Source of the DNA: an uncultured Chloroflexia bacterium
Lineage (GTDB): Bacteria > Chloroflexota > Dormibacteria > Aeolococcales > Aeolococcaceae
DNA: 64,000 nt
Assembly (NCBI GenBank): GCA_963697585.1
Contig: CAVOOO010000009.1
Span: 599,295-663,294 of the forward strand
Direction: 5' to 3'
Shown here: piece after piece, positions 1 to 8,278 of the stretch
How positions within the stretch are numbered: position 1 is the stretch's first letter
Layout: every line of letters starts with the position of its first letter
Made by a program: the position numbers and the translations under genes
Notes under the pieces: generated by a model
The model's database searches: none
Seen by the model: the letters and a program-made list of their open reading frames with translations, nothing else
Told to the model about the DNA's origin: nothing

Positions 1-701
1 GTCTCCAGGGTCACCGGGCGATCGCCGGTGGCGAAGCACTGGTCGAGCAGCGAGAGCCCGTCGCGCACGCTGCCCTGGGCGGCGCGGGCAATCAGACGGG
101 CGGCGGCGGGATCGAGCTCGACCCCCTCCCGCGCCGCGATCGAGCGCAGGTGGTCGTCGATCCGGGCGCTCGACACCCGGCCGAAGTCGAAGCGCTGAAC
201 CCGGGAGCGGACCGTGTCCGGGACCTTGTGGGGCTCGGTGGTGCAGAGGATGAAGAGGACGTGGGCGGGCGGCTCCTCGAGGGTCTTGAGGAACGCGTTC
301 CACGCCTCCGTGGTCAGCATGTGGGCCTCGTCGATGATGTAGACCTTCGACCGCAGCCGGGCGGGGAGGTAGCGGACCCGCTCGCGCAGCTCGCGCATCT
401 CGTCGATGCCGCGGTTGCTCGCCGCATCGATCTCGAGGACGTCCACCGCCGACCCGTCCACGATCTCGACGCAGGCCTGGCAGCGATTGCAGGGCTCGCC
501 GTCGACCGGCTCCAGGCAGTTCACCGCCCGGGCCAGGATCCGGGCGGTCGAGGTCTTCCCGGTCCCCCGGATGCCGGCAAAGAGGTAGGCGTGGGCGAGC
601 TTCCCAGCGCGCAGCTCGTTGCTCAGGGTGCGGACGATGTCGTCCTGGCCGATGAGGTCGGCAAGCACTGCCGACCGGTACTTGCGGTAGAGAGCGGTCA
701 C
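1..701 (-). CDS. dnaX: DNA polymerase III subunit gamma/tau, N-terminal AAA+ part (3' end of gene lies beyond window start)
   Basis: Reverse-strand translation from GTG at 701 reads VTALYRKYRSAVLADLIGQDDIVRTLSNELRAGKLAHAYLFAGIRGTGKTSTA..., which carries the clamp-loader Walker A. The + strand ORF 150..716 is its antisense shadow. Confidence 0.9.
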   Translation of the reverse strand, partial: MTALYRKYRSAVLADLIGQDDIVRTLSNELRAGKLAHAYLFAGIRGTGKTSTARILARAVNCLEPVDGEPCNRCQACVEIVDGSAVDVLEIDAASNRGIDEMRELRERVRYLPARLRSKVYIIDEAHMLTTEAWNAFLKTLEEPPAHVLFILCTTEPHKVPDTVRSRVQRFDFGRVSSARIDDHLRSIAAREGVELDPAAARLIARAAQGSVRDGLSLLDQCFATGDRPVTLE

Positions 702-782
702 GTCCGCCGACGATAGCCGACCCGCCCACCCGGACGGGCGCGTCCCCGAACCTGATCGCGAGCCCCGGGGGTCTCTCCTCTC

Positions 783-788
783 TAGACT
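783..788 (+). promoter_or_regulatory. Candidate -10 box TAGACT, 6 nt before ATG 795 (leaderless-type start)
   Basis: TAGACT fits TAnnnT. No Shine-Dalgarno fits between it and the ATG. The same arrangement recurs at several other genes in the window. Confidence 0.35.
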
Positions 789-794
789 CAATCC

Positions 795-1304
795 ATGCTC
801 GCCGCCACGGCCGTCCAGACCCAGACCACCGTGCTCAGCATCGTGGTCTCCCTCGCGGTGCTCGCCTTCCTCATGTACCGGCAGCTCCAGGTCCGGCCGG
901 TGCGGGCGAGCTTCGCCCTCCCGGTGGTGCTGATCATCGTGGGGGCCGCCTCCCTCTCCGGCGGTGGACCCAACGGGCTCGGCTCCGCCGGGCGGGTGGC
1001 GATCCTGGTCGCTCTGCTGGTGGGCGACGCGGCCGGCCTGGGTGCGGTGCGCGCCCTCACCGTGCGGCTCTGGCGGAGCGGCGACGTCGTGCTCCGCCAG
1101 GGGACCTGGGTGACCATGGTGCTCTGGATCGTCGGCGTCGGGATCCACGCGCTGGTGGGGGCGCTGGCCGACATCAGCGACAGCACCCTCCTGCTCTACA
1201 TGGGGATCACCCTCGGCGCGCAGCAGCTGGTCGTGCAGACACGGGCGCGCCAGCCCGGAAGGCTGCCCCAGCGGAGCGCGGCGGGAGCCGGCTGGCAGTC
1301 CTGA
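795..1304 (+). CDS. Hypothetical integral membrane protein (about 4 TM, DUF1453/CcdC-like impression)
   Basis: 169-aa ORF with several hydrophobic helices (VLSIVVSLAVLAFLMY, ALPVVLIIVGAASL, VAILVALLVGDAAGLGAV, WVTMVLWIVGVGIHALVGAL). GC3-rich codon usage. Confidence 0.6.
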   Translation: MLAATAVQTQTTVLSIVVSLAVLAFLMYRQLQVRPVRASFALPVVLIIVGAASLSGGGPNGLGSAGRVAILVALLVGDAAGLGAVRALTVRLWRSGDVVLRQGTWVTMVLWIVGVGIHALVGALADISDSTLLLYMGITLGAQQLVVQTRARQPGRLPQRSAAGAGWQS

Positions 1305-1400
1305 GCGGCCCCGGCCCCGGCGAGGACCACGGGTGACGCCCTCCAGGGACGGCCTCTCGGCCTCCCCGGAGGTGGGGGTAGTCGCGCACCCCACGTCGTT

Positions 1401-1653
1401 GGCACGGCACCGGCGCTCACCCGGTCCCCCGGCTCAGGCCAGGTTGACTGCGGCACCCCCGGGGGACCGCTTAGCGCTGCTTCCTTCCGGACCTGACGCG
1501 GTTCACGGGCCCGGGCTGCGCAGGACCCAACCATCAACACCGGAGAGGTCGGAGCGGACCCGGCGACGCGCCCCCTCGGTGGGGAATTCGACCCCGCTAT
1601 AGCGGATTGCGGGTACAGGGCACCGCTGGCTCCCCATCTAGCGCGACCGTGCC
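1401..1653 (-). ncRNA. ffs: Signal recognition particle RNA, large (Bacillus-type, Alu-domain-containing) form
   Basis: The minus strand contains the universal domain IV motif GUCAGGUCCGGAAGGAAGCAGC (plus 1478-1499). It also has an Alu-domain stretch, AGCGGUGCCCUGUACCCGCAAUCCGCUAUAGCGGGGUCGAAUUCCCC, closely matching the B. subtilis scRNA as I recall it. 5' GGCACGG (1653-1647) pairs with 3' CCGUGCC (1407-1401). Ends are approximate. Confidence 0.8.
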
Positions 1654-1655
1654 CC

Positions 1656-1661
1656 ATTGTA
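1656..1661 (-). promoter_or_regulatory. Candidate -10 box TACAAT for the SRP RNA
   Basis: The minus strand reads GGTACAATGGGGCACGG. The hexamer sits immediately upstream of the predicted 5' pairing strand of the SRP RNA. Confidence 0.35.
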
Positions 1662-1827
1662 CCGGGCCGCGGACCCGGGCGCCGCCCCGAGCGACGCACC
1701 CGACGCCGCCCGAGCGTTGGTCAGGCGTGGGTCAGGCGGGCGGCGCCGGCCAGCTTGAAGGCGGGGAGATGGGAGAAGGCGCCCGGCGCCACCATCGGCC
1801 GCCCGGCGCGAGGCCCAGGCCGCGGGC

Positions 1828-3309
1828 TCAGCGGAGCGCCGTGGCCGCCTGGTTGGCCGCGTAGAGGAGCGGCCCGGCCACCACGGTCGCCACCACCCCG
1901 AAGACGGCGCACGCCACCCCGACCAGCGCGGTGAGCCGGGGCGTCTCGGAGATCACGGCGGGCTGCTCGTCATCCTCGACGAGGATGGTCGCCATCCACC
2001 GGACCGCCGGGATCGCGTAGATCACCGAGGCGACGACACTCGCCGCCGCCACCCACGCGTAGCCGGCGGCCACCGCCGACTCCGCGATGAGGATGCGGGC
2101 GATGAACCCGCCCAGGGGGGGCAGGCCGGCCAGCCCGGCCAGGCCCAGGCAGAGCAGGACCGCGGTGGTGGGCGAGCGCCGCAGCAGCCCGCGCACGTCG
2201 GCGACCGCGGTGCCGATGCCGTCGATCTCGAGCCGGGCCACGGCGAGGAAGCTGGCCTGGACCGAGAGGACGAAGATGACCAGCGCGAAGAGCAGGGCGG
2301 TCACCCCACCGGCGGGCCTGTAGTCGCCACCGATGCCGCCGGCCATCACGGCGACGAGCAGGAGGCCACCCTGAAGGCAGGCACCGAGCCCGATCAGGCG
2401 GCGGAGACCGCCCGCCGCCAGGCTGAGCAGCGCCGGGTAGAGGCAGGCCGCCGCTCCCAGGACGGCCGCCAGGAGCACCCAGGGGCGCAGGCTGGTGCTG
2501 AATCCGCTGACCAGGACCCGGACCAGGGCGATCCCGCCCGCCGCGGCGGCGAGGCTGACCACCGTCCCGGCGACCGCGCCGCTGCTGACCGAGGCGACCT
2601 GGAGCACCCAGCGGTGAAGGGGCGGCGCCCCGACCAGGTAGGCGAGACCGAGCACGGTGAGGGCCAGCCCGAGGCCCTCCAGCGGCCCGGCATGGGCGAG
2701 CAGGCCGGCCGTGGCGGCGAGGTTGGTGCTCCCGGTCGCGCCATACACGATGGCCAGCCCGTAGAGCAGGAGCGCGAGCGCCACGCCACCGCCCGCCAGC
2801 GCGCGGAGAGCGACCTCGCCGGGCGCCTCGGCGGTCTTCTCGAGCGCCACCAGCCCGACCAGGCTGATCACCAGGAGACCGAGCCCCACCACCAGCATCC
2901 CCATCTCCCACTGGATGGCGACCACGGTCCCGCCCGCGGTGGCGCTGAGCACCAGGGCGTGGAAGGCGGGGAGGCGCGGGCCGAGACGGGTGGCGGCGGC
3001 GCCGCTGGTCAGGACCGCGACCAGGCCGGTCGCGCAGAGGAGTACGACACCGAACACCCCTATCCGGTCGGCGACCACCGCCCCGGAATAGGCGGCCAGG
3101 CCGAGGCCGCGGGTGTGCTCGAGCCCGTCCAGGGTGATGACGCCGGCGATGCCGGCCCCGACCAGGGCGATGGAGCTGAGCCACCGGTGGAACGAGGCCG
3201 GCAGTCCGGGGCGCAGCCGGCCGATCAGGGCGGTCACCGCGGCGAGCGCGAGCAGCAGCAACGTCGGCAGCATGGTCGTGAACACCGCGGCTCCGTTGGG
3301 GTTGGGCAT
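1828..3309 (-). CDS. nuoN: NuoN-like antiporter-type membrane subunit (divergent complex I paralogue)
   Basis: 493 aa, polytopic. Motifs LYGLAIVYGATGS, GAPPLHRW and RRLIGLG match the NuoN/Mrp-D family architecture. Start overlaps the nuoM-like stop. Confidence 0.8.
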   Translation of the reverse strand: MPNPNGAAVFTTMLPTLLLLALAAVTALIGRLRPGLPASFHRWLSSIALVGAGIAGVITLDGLEHTRGLGLAAYSGAVVADRIGVFGVVLLCATGLVAVLTSGAAATRLGPRLPAFHALVLSATAGGTVVAIQWEMGMLVVGLGLLVISLVGLVALEKTAEAPGEVALRALAGGGVALALLLYGLAIVYGATGSTNLAATAGLLAHAGPLEGLGLALTVLGLAYLVGAPPLHRWVLQVASVSSGAVAGTVVSLAAAAGGIALVRVLVSGFSTSLRPWVLLAAVLGAAACLYPALLSLAAGGLRRLIGLGACLQGGLLLVAVMAGGIGGDYRPAGGVTALLFALVIFVLSVQASFLAVARLEIDGIGTAVADVRGLLRRSPTTAVLLCLGLAGLAGLPPLGGFIARILIAESAVAAGYAWVAAASVVASVIYAIPAVRWMATILVEDDEQPAVISETPRLTALVGVACAVFGVVATVVAGPLLYAANQAATALR

Positions 3310-4850
3310 CAGCTCGTCCCCGGGAAGAGGATGTAGGCGGCGCCGTTCTCGAAGAGCCCGGCGAAGTGGCCGGGAACGACCCCGATGATCACCATCACGG
3401 CGAGCAGGACGCCGAAGAAGGTCACCTCGAGAGGCCCGACGTCGCGCACCCGGACGAAGACGTCACGGGAGGCGCCGAGGAAGATCCGCTGGGCGGCCCA
3501 GAGCAGGACGCCGCCGGTCAGGAGCGTCCCCGCGAGCACCACGGTGGTCGCCCAGCGGTGGACCGGGAAGGAGCCGGTGAAGATCAGGAACTCGCCGCTG
3601 AAGCCGGCGAGCAGGGGCACCCCGGCCGCGGTGAGGGCGGCCGCGAGCCAGAACGCCGCGAGGTACGGCACCTGCCAGGCGAGACCGCCGAGCTGTGAGA
3701 TGCGCACCCGGCGGGTGCGCTCCTGGATGGCGGACGTGAGCAGCATCAGGGTGGCCACCACCAGGCCGCGGGCGATCAGCAGGAACATGATCCCGGTCAC
3801 CGACACGGTGGTGTGGCCGGCGACGCCGAGCAGCACCACCCCCATCATCACGGTCCCCACGTGCCCGATGAGCCGGCGCAGGTCGTCGGCGCGCAGCGCT
3901 GCCAGCCCTCCCCACACCACCGTCACCACGGCCAGACCCGCGAAGAGGAGCGAGTAGCTCGACCCGACCGTGGGGAAGAAGCCGAAGGCGACGTGGATGA
4001 GGCCGTACGCGCCCAGGCTGGGGAGGACCGCGGCGAAGACCACCGACAGCACACCGGTGCTGTCCTCCTCGAGATCGAGCAGGGCCCCGTGCAGTGGCAC
4101 CACGGCCATGACCAGCAGGGAGGCCCCGGTGATCAGCCAGAAGGCGACCTGCTCGCCCGTGCCATGGAGGGTGACCGGCACCGATCCCATGTCAAAGGAG
4201 TGCGCGCCACTCTGGAAGGCGATCAGGGCGGCGGCGAGCGTGAGCAGGGCGGTGGACACCAGGGTGAGCGCGGCGTAACGCTCCGCGGCCCGGACCCGAT
4301 GGCCGTGCCCGAAGGCCCGGATCAGCAGGAACACCGGAACCACCGGGAGGGCCCAGAAGATGAGGTAGAGGACCCAGTCGTACGAGACCAGGACCCCGAG
4401 GGCCGCGGTCTCCAGGGTGAGCAGGGAGACGGTCAGCAGCTTGACGTGACGGTTGTTGCGCCACGCCGCCAGCGCGGTGCAGAAGAAGACGACCGTCACC
4501 ATGGTCACGAGCGCCAGCCCGAGGCCGTCGGCGTCGAGGTGATAGCTCGAGGCGATCGGGAACGAGGTCAGCCAGTTGTGCTGCTCCACCAGGTCGCCAC
4601 CGGGGCGGCCCCCGGTGCCCACGGAGACGTCGGCGATCTGGCTCTCCAGGGCCCAGACCGCGAAGAAGAGCGCGGCCGAGGCACCCGAGGTGCCCAGCGA
4701 CTTGATCCGAGCCCGCTGCTCACGGGTCTGCTCGGGAAGGAAGATCACGATCAGGGCGAAGACGAGGGCGCTCCACACCAGGGCCGTGAAGACGAGGGTC
4801 GGGAAGCTCACGCCGCTCGTGGTGGTCGTGGTCTGGGCCAGGAGGCTCAT
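3309..4850 (-). CDS. nuoM: NuoM-like antiporter-type membrane subunit (divergent)
   Basis: 513 aa. VVPLHG, LGAYGLI, DLRRLIGHVG and GFSGEFLIFTGSF align with E. coli NuoM VVPLHGW, AAYGLL, DIKRLIAY and NFVGEFMILFGSF. Confidence 0.85.
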   Translation of the reverse strand: MSLLAQTTTTTSGVSFPTLVFTALVWSALVFALIVIFLPEQTREQRARIKSLGTSGASAALFFAVWALESQIADVSVGTGGRPGGDLVEQHNWLTSFPIASSYHLDADGLGLALVTMVTVVFFCTALAAWRNNRHVKLLTVSLLTLETAALGVLVSYDWVLYLIFWALPVVPVFLLIRAFGHGHRVRAAERYAALTLVSTALLTLAAALIAFQSGAHSFDMGSVPVTLHGTGEQVAFWLITGASLLVMAVVPLHGALLDLEEDSTGVLSVVFAAVLPSLGAYGLIHVAFGFFPTVGSSYSLLFAGLAVVTVVWGGLAALRADDLRRLIGHVGTVMMGVVLLGVAGHTTVSVTGIMFLLIARGLVVATLMLLTSAIQERTRRVRISQLGGLAWQVPYLAAFWLAAALTAAGVPLLAGFSGEFLIFTGSFPVHRWATTVVLAGTLLTGGVLLWAAQRIFLGASRDVFVRVRDVGPLEVTFFGVLLAVMVIIGVVPGHFAGLFENGAAYILFPGTS

Positions 4851-6871
4851 GTGGTGTGCACCGGGAGCTGTCCACCGGCCGCCAGGACGCTGGCGCCGAC
4901 CAGGAGCAGCACCAGGACCAGGGCCACCCCGAGCCCGATCCGCAGTCTCCGCACCCGCACCCGGCTCAGCGACCAGGCGACGATCTCCACGCCCTCACCC
5001 GGGGCGTCGTAGAGGGGCTCGACCAGCCCGTGGTCGAGCGCCACCACCTCACCGGCCAGGGTGTCGCCGGCCCGCGCCGCGAGGCGGATCACCCAGCCCA
5101 CCGCCGCCGGTGCGGCCGCGGCGGCGGCCGGGATGCGGAGCCGGCTCCAGAGGCGTGCGCCTCCCAGCCGCGCCAAGGCGAGCCCACCCCCGCCTCCGAC
5201 CAGGAGAACCGCCACCGCGACCCCGAGGGCCGCCCAACTGAGGGGAAGAGCCTGGTGGCCGGTCCCGAAGTAAATCCAGCGGCTGAAGGTGAGCGCCGGC
5301 ACCCGCCCCTTGCCCTGCCCGATGCCGCTGATGCCGGGAAGCCCGATGAGCACGGCCGCCACGGTGCCCGCGGCCGACCACGCCTGTATCCCCCGAAGCC
5401 GCGGCTCGGCCTCGGTGAGCCGCTCCGCCATGAAGCCGCGCCGGGCCACCGGCGATCCGGCGCAGACGGCGGCGACCAGGCGAACCGCGTAGAGGGCGGT
5501 GAGCACGATGGCGGTGATCGCCAGCAGGGCGACCAGGACCTGGACCCAGCCGGCCATGTGCCCGCCGTTCGGGAAGCGGTTGAGGAAGATGGTCGAGACG
5601 AGGTCGTAGCCGACCAGGTCGAGGCCACCGGCGGCCAGCGCCCAGAGGCCGAGGCTCAGGCTGGTGCGGCGCATCCGGCGCCAGGCTCCACTCATGGAGG
5701 CGATCTCCCGGGTGCGGTAGGCGCGGGCGAGGCTGCCGGCCGTGACCAGCAGCAGCAGGCTGAGCGGGGCGCTGACGAAGGCGATGAGCAGACCGTCGCT
5801 GTAGCCGCCGGCGCCGAGGGCGGTCATCGCCAGGGCCATCTGCGCGGACGCGGAGAGCAGCGCCAGCCGGTAGATGTCCCGGGCGCCCAGGCAAGCGGCG
5901 CTCAGGCAGACGGCGGTGACCGCACCGACCACCGCGAGGACGCTCAGGGCGTGGGCGGTGACCATCAGCAGCTCGTACACCCGCGCGAGCAGCACCACCC
6001 CGCCGAGCAGGGAGATGGAGATGGCGCCGAGCACCGGCAGCGGAGCCTCACGGAGCCCGAGCAGCCAGCCGGTGAACGGGAGCTGGGCCGCCCGCACCAG
6101 CGCGGCAACCAGCAGGAGCCCGCTGAAGATCACCAGGCTGCGGTAGCCGAGGCCGGGAACCGACCAGTGAGCGGCGGTCTGCCAGGCGGGGTCGAGGACC
6201 CGGAAGTCGGTGATGTCGAAGGCGCCGGAGGACGGCTGCGTCTCGAGGCCGATGAAGACACCGAGCTTGTCGACCACGAAGGCCATCGCCAGCAGCAGGA
6301 TGACGTCGGCGCCGGCGAGCACGGCGAAGGCTCGGCGGGCGGCCGTCCCGGTGCCGGGCCGGTGCCACCAGTGAAGGGCCAGCACCAGGATCGTCGCGGT
6401 CACGACCCCGAGCGCCAGCCAGAGCTGGAAGAGTCCCGGGCTCGCCACCACCGCGATCATCGCGGCGGCGAGGAGCGACGAGGCCCAGAAGAAGCGGCGG
6501 TAGGCGGCCTCACGCTCCAGCATCGCGGTGCCGAGCCCCTGGACGGCGAGGACCAGGAAGGGGATGAGGACCATCAGGCTCGCGCTCAGGTTGTCGACCC
6601 GCACGCCGACCGCGACCTGGAAGGTCGACGGGAAGGTGGCGGTCTCGCTCGGATCCACGGCCAGCGAGAGGAAGTTGAGGGTCGAGAACGCGGGGGTGAC
6701 GCTGGTGGTCTCGTGGGCCAGGCGGTAGCCGAGGACGATCAGGGCCATGACCAGGGTCGCGCCCATGAAGCCCATGCACACCTGGGCCGCCCGGCGCGGG
6801 GTCTCGGCCACGAAGGAGAACGCGCAGCCCCCCAGCGGGAGCAGCAGGATGGCCCAGGCGTAGGTGTACAT
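4847..6871 (-). CDS. nuoL: NuoL-like antiporter-type membrane subunit (divergent); start set at MYTYAWAILLLPL
   Basis: ATG at 6871 overlaps the nuoK-like stop (ATGA). The 111 residues upstream in ORF 4847..7204 overlap nuoK in another frame. Motifs AAQLPFTGWL and DIYRLALLSASAQ correspond to SAQLPLQTWL and DIKRVLAYSTMSQ. Confidence 0.8.
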   Translation of the reverse strand: MYTYAWAILLLPLGGCAFSFVAETPRRAAQVCMGFMGATLVMALIVLGYRLAHETTSVTPAFSTLNFLSLAVDPSETATFPSTFQVAVGVRVDNLSASLMVLIPFLVLAVQGLGTAMLEREAAYRRFFWASSLLAAAMIAVVASPGLFQLWLALGVVTATILVLALHWWHRPGTGTAARRAFAVLAGADVILLLAMAFVVDKLGVFIGLETQPSSGAFDITDFRVLDPAWQTAAHWSVPGLGYRSLVIFSGLLLVAALVRAAQLPFTGWLLGLREAPLPVLGAISISLLGGVVLLARVYELLMVTAHALSVLAVVGAVTAVCLSAACLGARDIYRLALLSASAQMALAMTALGAGGYSDGLLIAFVSAPLSLLLLVTAGSLARAYRTREIASMSGAWRRMRRTSLSLGLWALAAGGLDLVGYDLVSTIFLNRFPNGGHMAGWVQVLVALLAITAIVLTALYAVRLVAAVCAGSPVARRGFMAERLTEAEPRLRGIQAWSAAGTVAAVLIGLPGISGIGQGKGRVPALTFSRWIYFGTGHQALPLSWAALGVAVAVLLVGGGGGLALARLGGARLWSRLRIPAAAAAAPAAVGWVIRLAARAGDTLAGEVVALDHGLVEPLYDAPGEGVEIVAWSLSRVRVRRLRIGLGVALVLVLLLVGASVLAAGGQLPVHTT

Positions 6872-7197
6872 CAGCGGGGATCCGCCTCGACATCGATGTA
6901 CTCGTCGGTGTCCAGGCTCTCCCGCCGGCGCCGGAGGAGGGCCACCAGGGCGGCGCCGACGAGGATCACGGCGGCGCACACCACCACGGCGGCGAGGGCA
7001 ACCACCTCGCCCTGGGGAGGCCCGAGGCTGCCACCCCGGACGGCCGTGAAGCCGGCGAACGCGATCACCGAGGCGAGCAGCAGGACGGCGAGGCTGGTCA
7101 GCAACCCGAAGGCGTCGCGCCGGCTCACCAGGCCGAATGCCCCGATCGCGAAGACGATGCCGCTCAGGATGGCCACCTGGCCTGGCCCGATGCTCAT
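6871..7197 (-). CDS. nuoK: NuoK-like small membrane subunit (divergent)
   Basis: 108 aa with 3 TM. The N-terminus ILSGIVFAIGAFGLVSRRDAFGLL resembles NuoK LF.IG..GV..RRN. Position between the J-like and L-like genes fits. Confidence 0.75.
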   Translation of the reverse strand: MSIGPGQVAILSGIVFAIGAFGLVSRRDAFGLLTSLAVLLLASVIAFAGFTAVRGGSLGPPQGEVVALAAVVVCAAVILVGAALVALLRRRRESLDTDEYIDVEADPR

Positions 7198-7790
7198 CCG
7201 CCACCCCCCGGGCTGGCGGCCTGACGCTTGGCGCGGGCGGCGGCGCGATCCTCGCGCCGGCGGCGCATCCTCGCCTCCCGCTCCTGATGAGCGCGGTGGC
7301 GCTCGACGTGCTCGGCCTCGTCGGGATCGGTCCGGCCGATGGCGAGCGCGACCAGGACGGCGGCCACGCCCACCACCACCAGCAGACCGGCGGTCACCGG
7401 CGCCTGATGGTTGAGGACGCTGCTCAGCGCGGTCTCGACCCCGCGCGGGTGCCAGCCGCTGCCGGCGGCGAGCGCGGTCCCATCGAGCACGACCAGCGCC
7501 AGCACCGCGAGGCCCGCCGCATACAGCCAGCGGCTGAGCGGCAGTGGGCTCGCCCGGGATCCCAGGGCTCCCCGGCGGTCCATCTCCACCACCGTCGCGA
7601 CGGTGGCCAGGAGGATCACAACCTCGAGAAGGGCGAGCAGGTACTCATGACCGACGACCAGGAAGATGCCGATCGAGACGGCCACCGCGACGGCCGCCAC
7701 CGCGGACTCGCGGGCGCCGCGCAGGCCGACGGCCGCAGCGCAGCTCAACACGATCAGCACCGCGGCGATGTAGAAGCCGGCCGCGCTCAC
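7194..7790 (-). CDS. nuoJ: NuoJ-like membrane subunit (divergent)
   Basis: 198 aa. N-terminal FYIAAVLIVLSCAAAV...GHEYLLALLEVVILLATVATVV resembles the NuoJ TM1-3 pattern. 4-nt overlap with nuoK-like. Confidence 0.7.
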   Translation of the reverse strand: MSAAGFYIAAVLIVLSCAAAVGLRGARESAVAAVAVAVSIGIFLVVGHEYLLALLEVVILLATVATVVEMDRRGALGSRASPLPLSRWLYAAGLAVLALVVLDGTALAAGSGWHPRGVETALSSVLNHQAPVTAGLLVVVGVAAVLVALAIGRTDPDEAEHVERHRAHQEREARMRRRREDRAAARAKRQAASPGGGG

Positions 7791-7897
7791 GGGCGACCGG
7801 CTCCAAGGGGCTCACGGAGGGGCGGAGAGGTGGGACGGCGGCGGGGCCGGGGCATCGCCGCGAGATTGTACCGGTGGGGACGGGCCACCCCATTGAT

Positions 7898-8278
7898 TCA
7901 GACCGAGTCGTCCTCCTCCAGGTCCCGCCGGGAGGGCGGTTGCCAGCGCTGCTCGGGTGGGACCACCCGCTCGAGGAAGAGCACCAGGCTGAGCCCGAGG
8001 AGGGCGATGATCACGCCGGCGATGGTCACCGCGTCGACATAGAGCGGGACCAGGGGGATCTTGATCGAGAGATCCCAGACGCTCGAGGGCCGTCCCGTCC
8101 CCGCCACCACGTTGCGCTCTCCGACCAGCCCGACCACGAACAGCGCCGCCCCCACCCCGATCACGTGGAAGAGGGCATTGCGGTGGCGCACCGCGATCCA
8201 GAAGCTGTAGGCGGACACGGTGCAGCCGGCCAGAACGGCCAGCGAGGCGAGGACGATCTGGTACCAGGCGGGAGCCAT
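7898..8278 (-). CDS. Hypothetical 3-TM membrane protein (NuoA-sized, no recognisable NuoA motif)
   Basis: 126-aa ORF. Its ATG overlaps the mnmA stop (ATGA at 8276-8280). Three hydrophobic helices and an acidic C-terminus. Confidence 0.55.
   Translation of the reverse strand: MAPAWYQIVLASLAVLAGCTVSAYSFWIAVRHRNALFHVIGVGAALFVVGLVGERNVVAGTGRPSSVWDLSIKIPLVPLYVDAVTIAGVIIALLGLSLVLFLERVVPPEQRWQPPSRRDLEEDDSV

Noticed and set aside
1196-1864. ORFs 1196..1699, 1207..1410, 1333..1602, 1607..1864, 1721..1912
   Set aside because: The region is occupied by a well-supported SRP RNA and its flanks. The translations are compositionally non-protein-like.
1970-3184. 404-aa Arg/Gly/Pro-rich ORF and similar long ORFs (2614..3336, 3813..5012, 4856..7414, 5049..5894) overlapping the nuo-like genes
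   Set aside because: They are alternative-frame or antisense shadows of clearly homologous membrane-protein genes. The RGP-rich, low-complexity translations are typical of off-frame reading in high-GC DNA.
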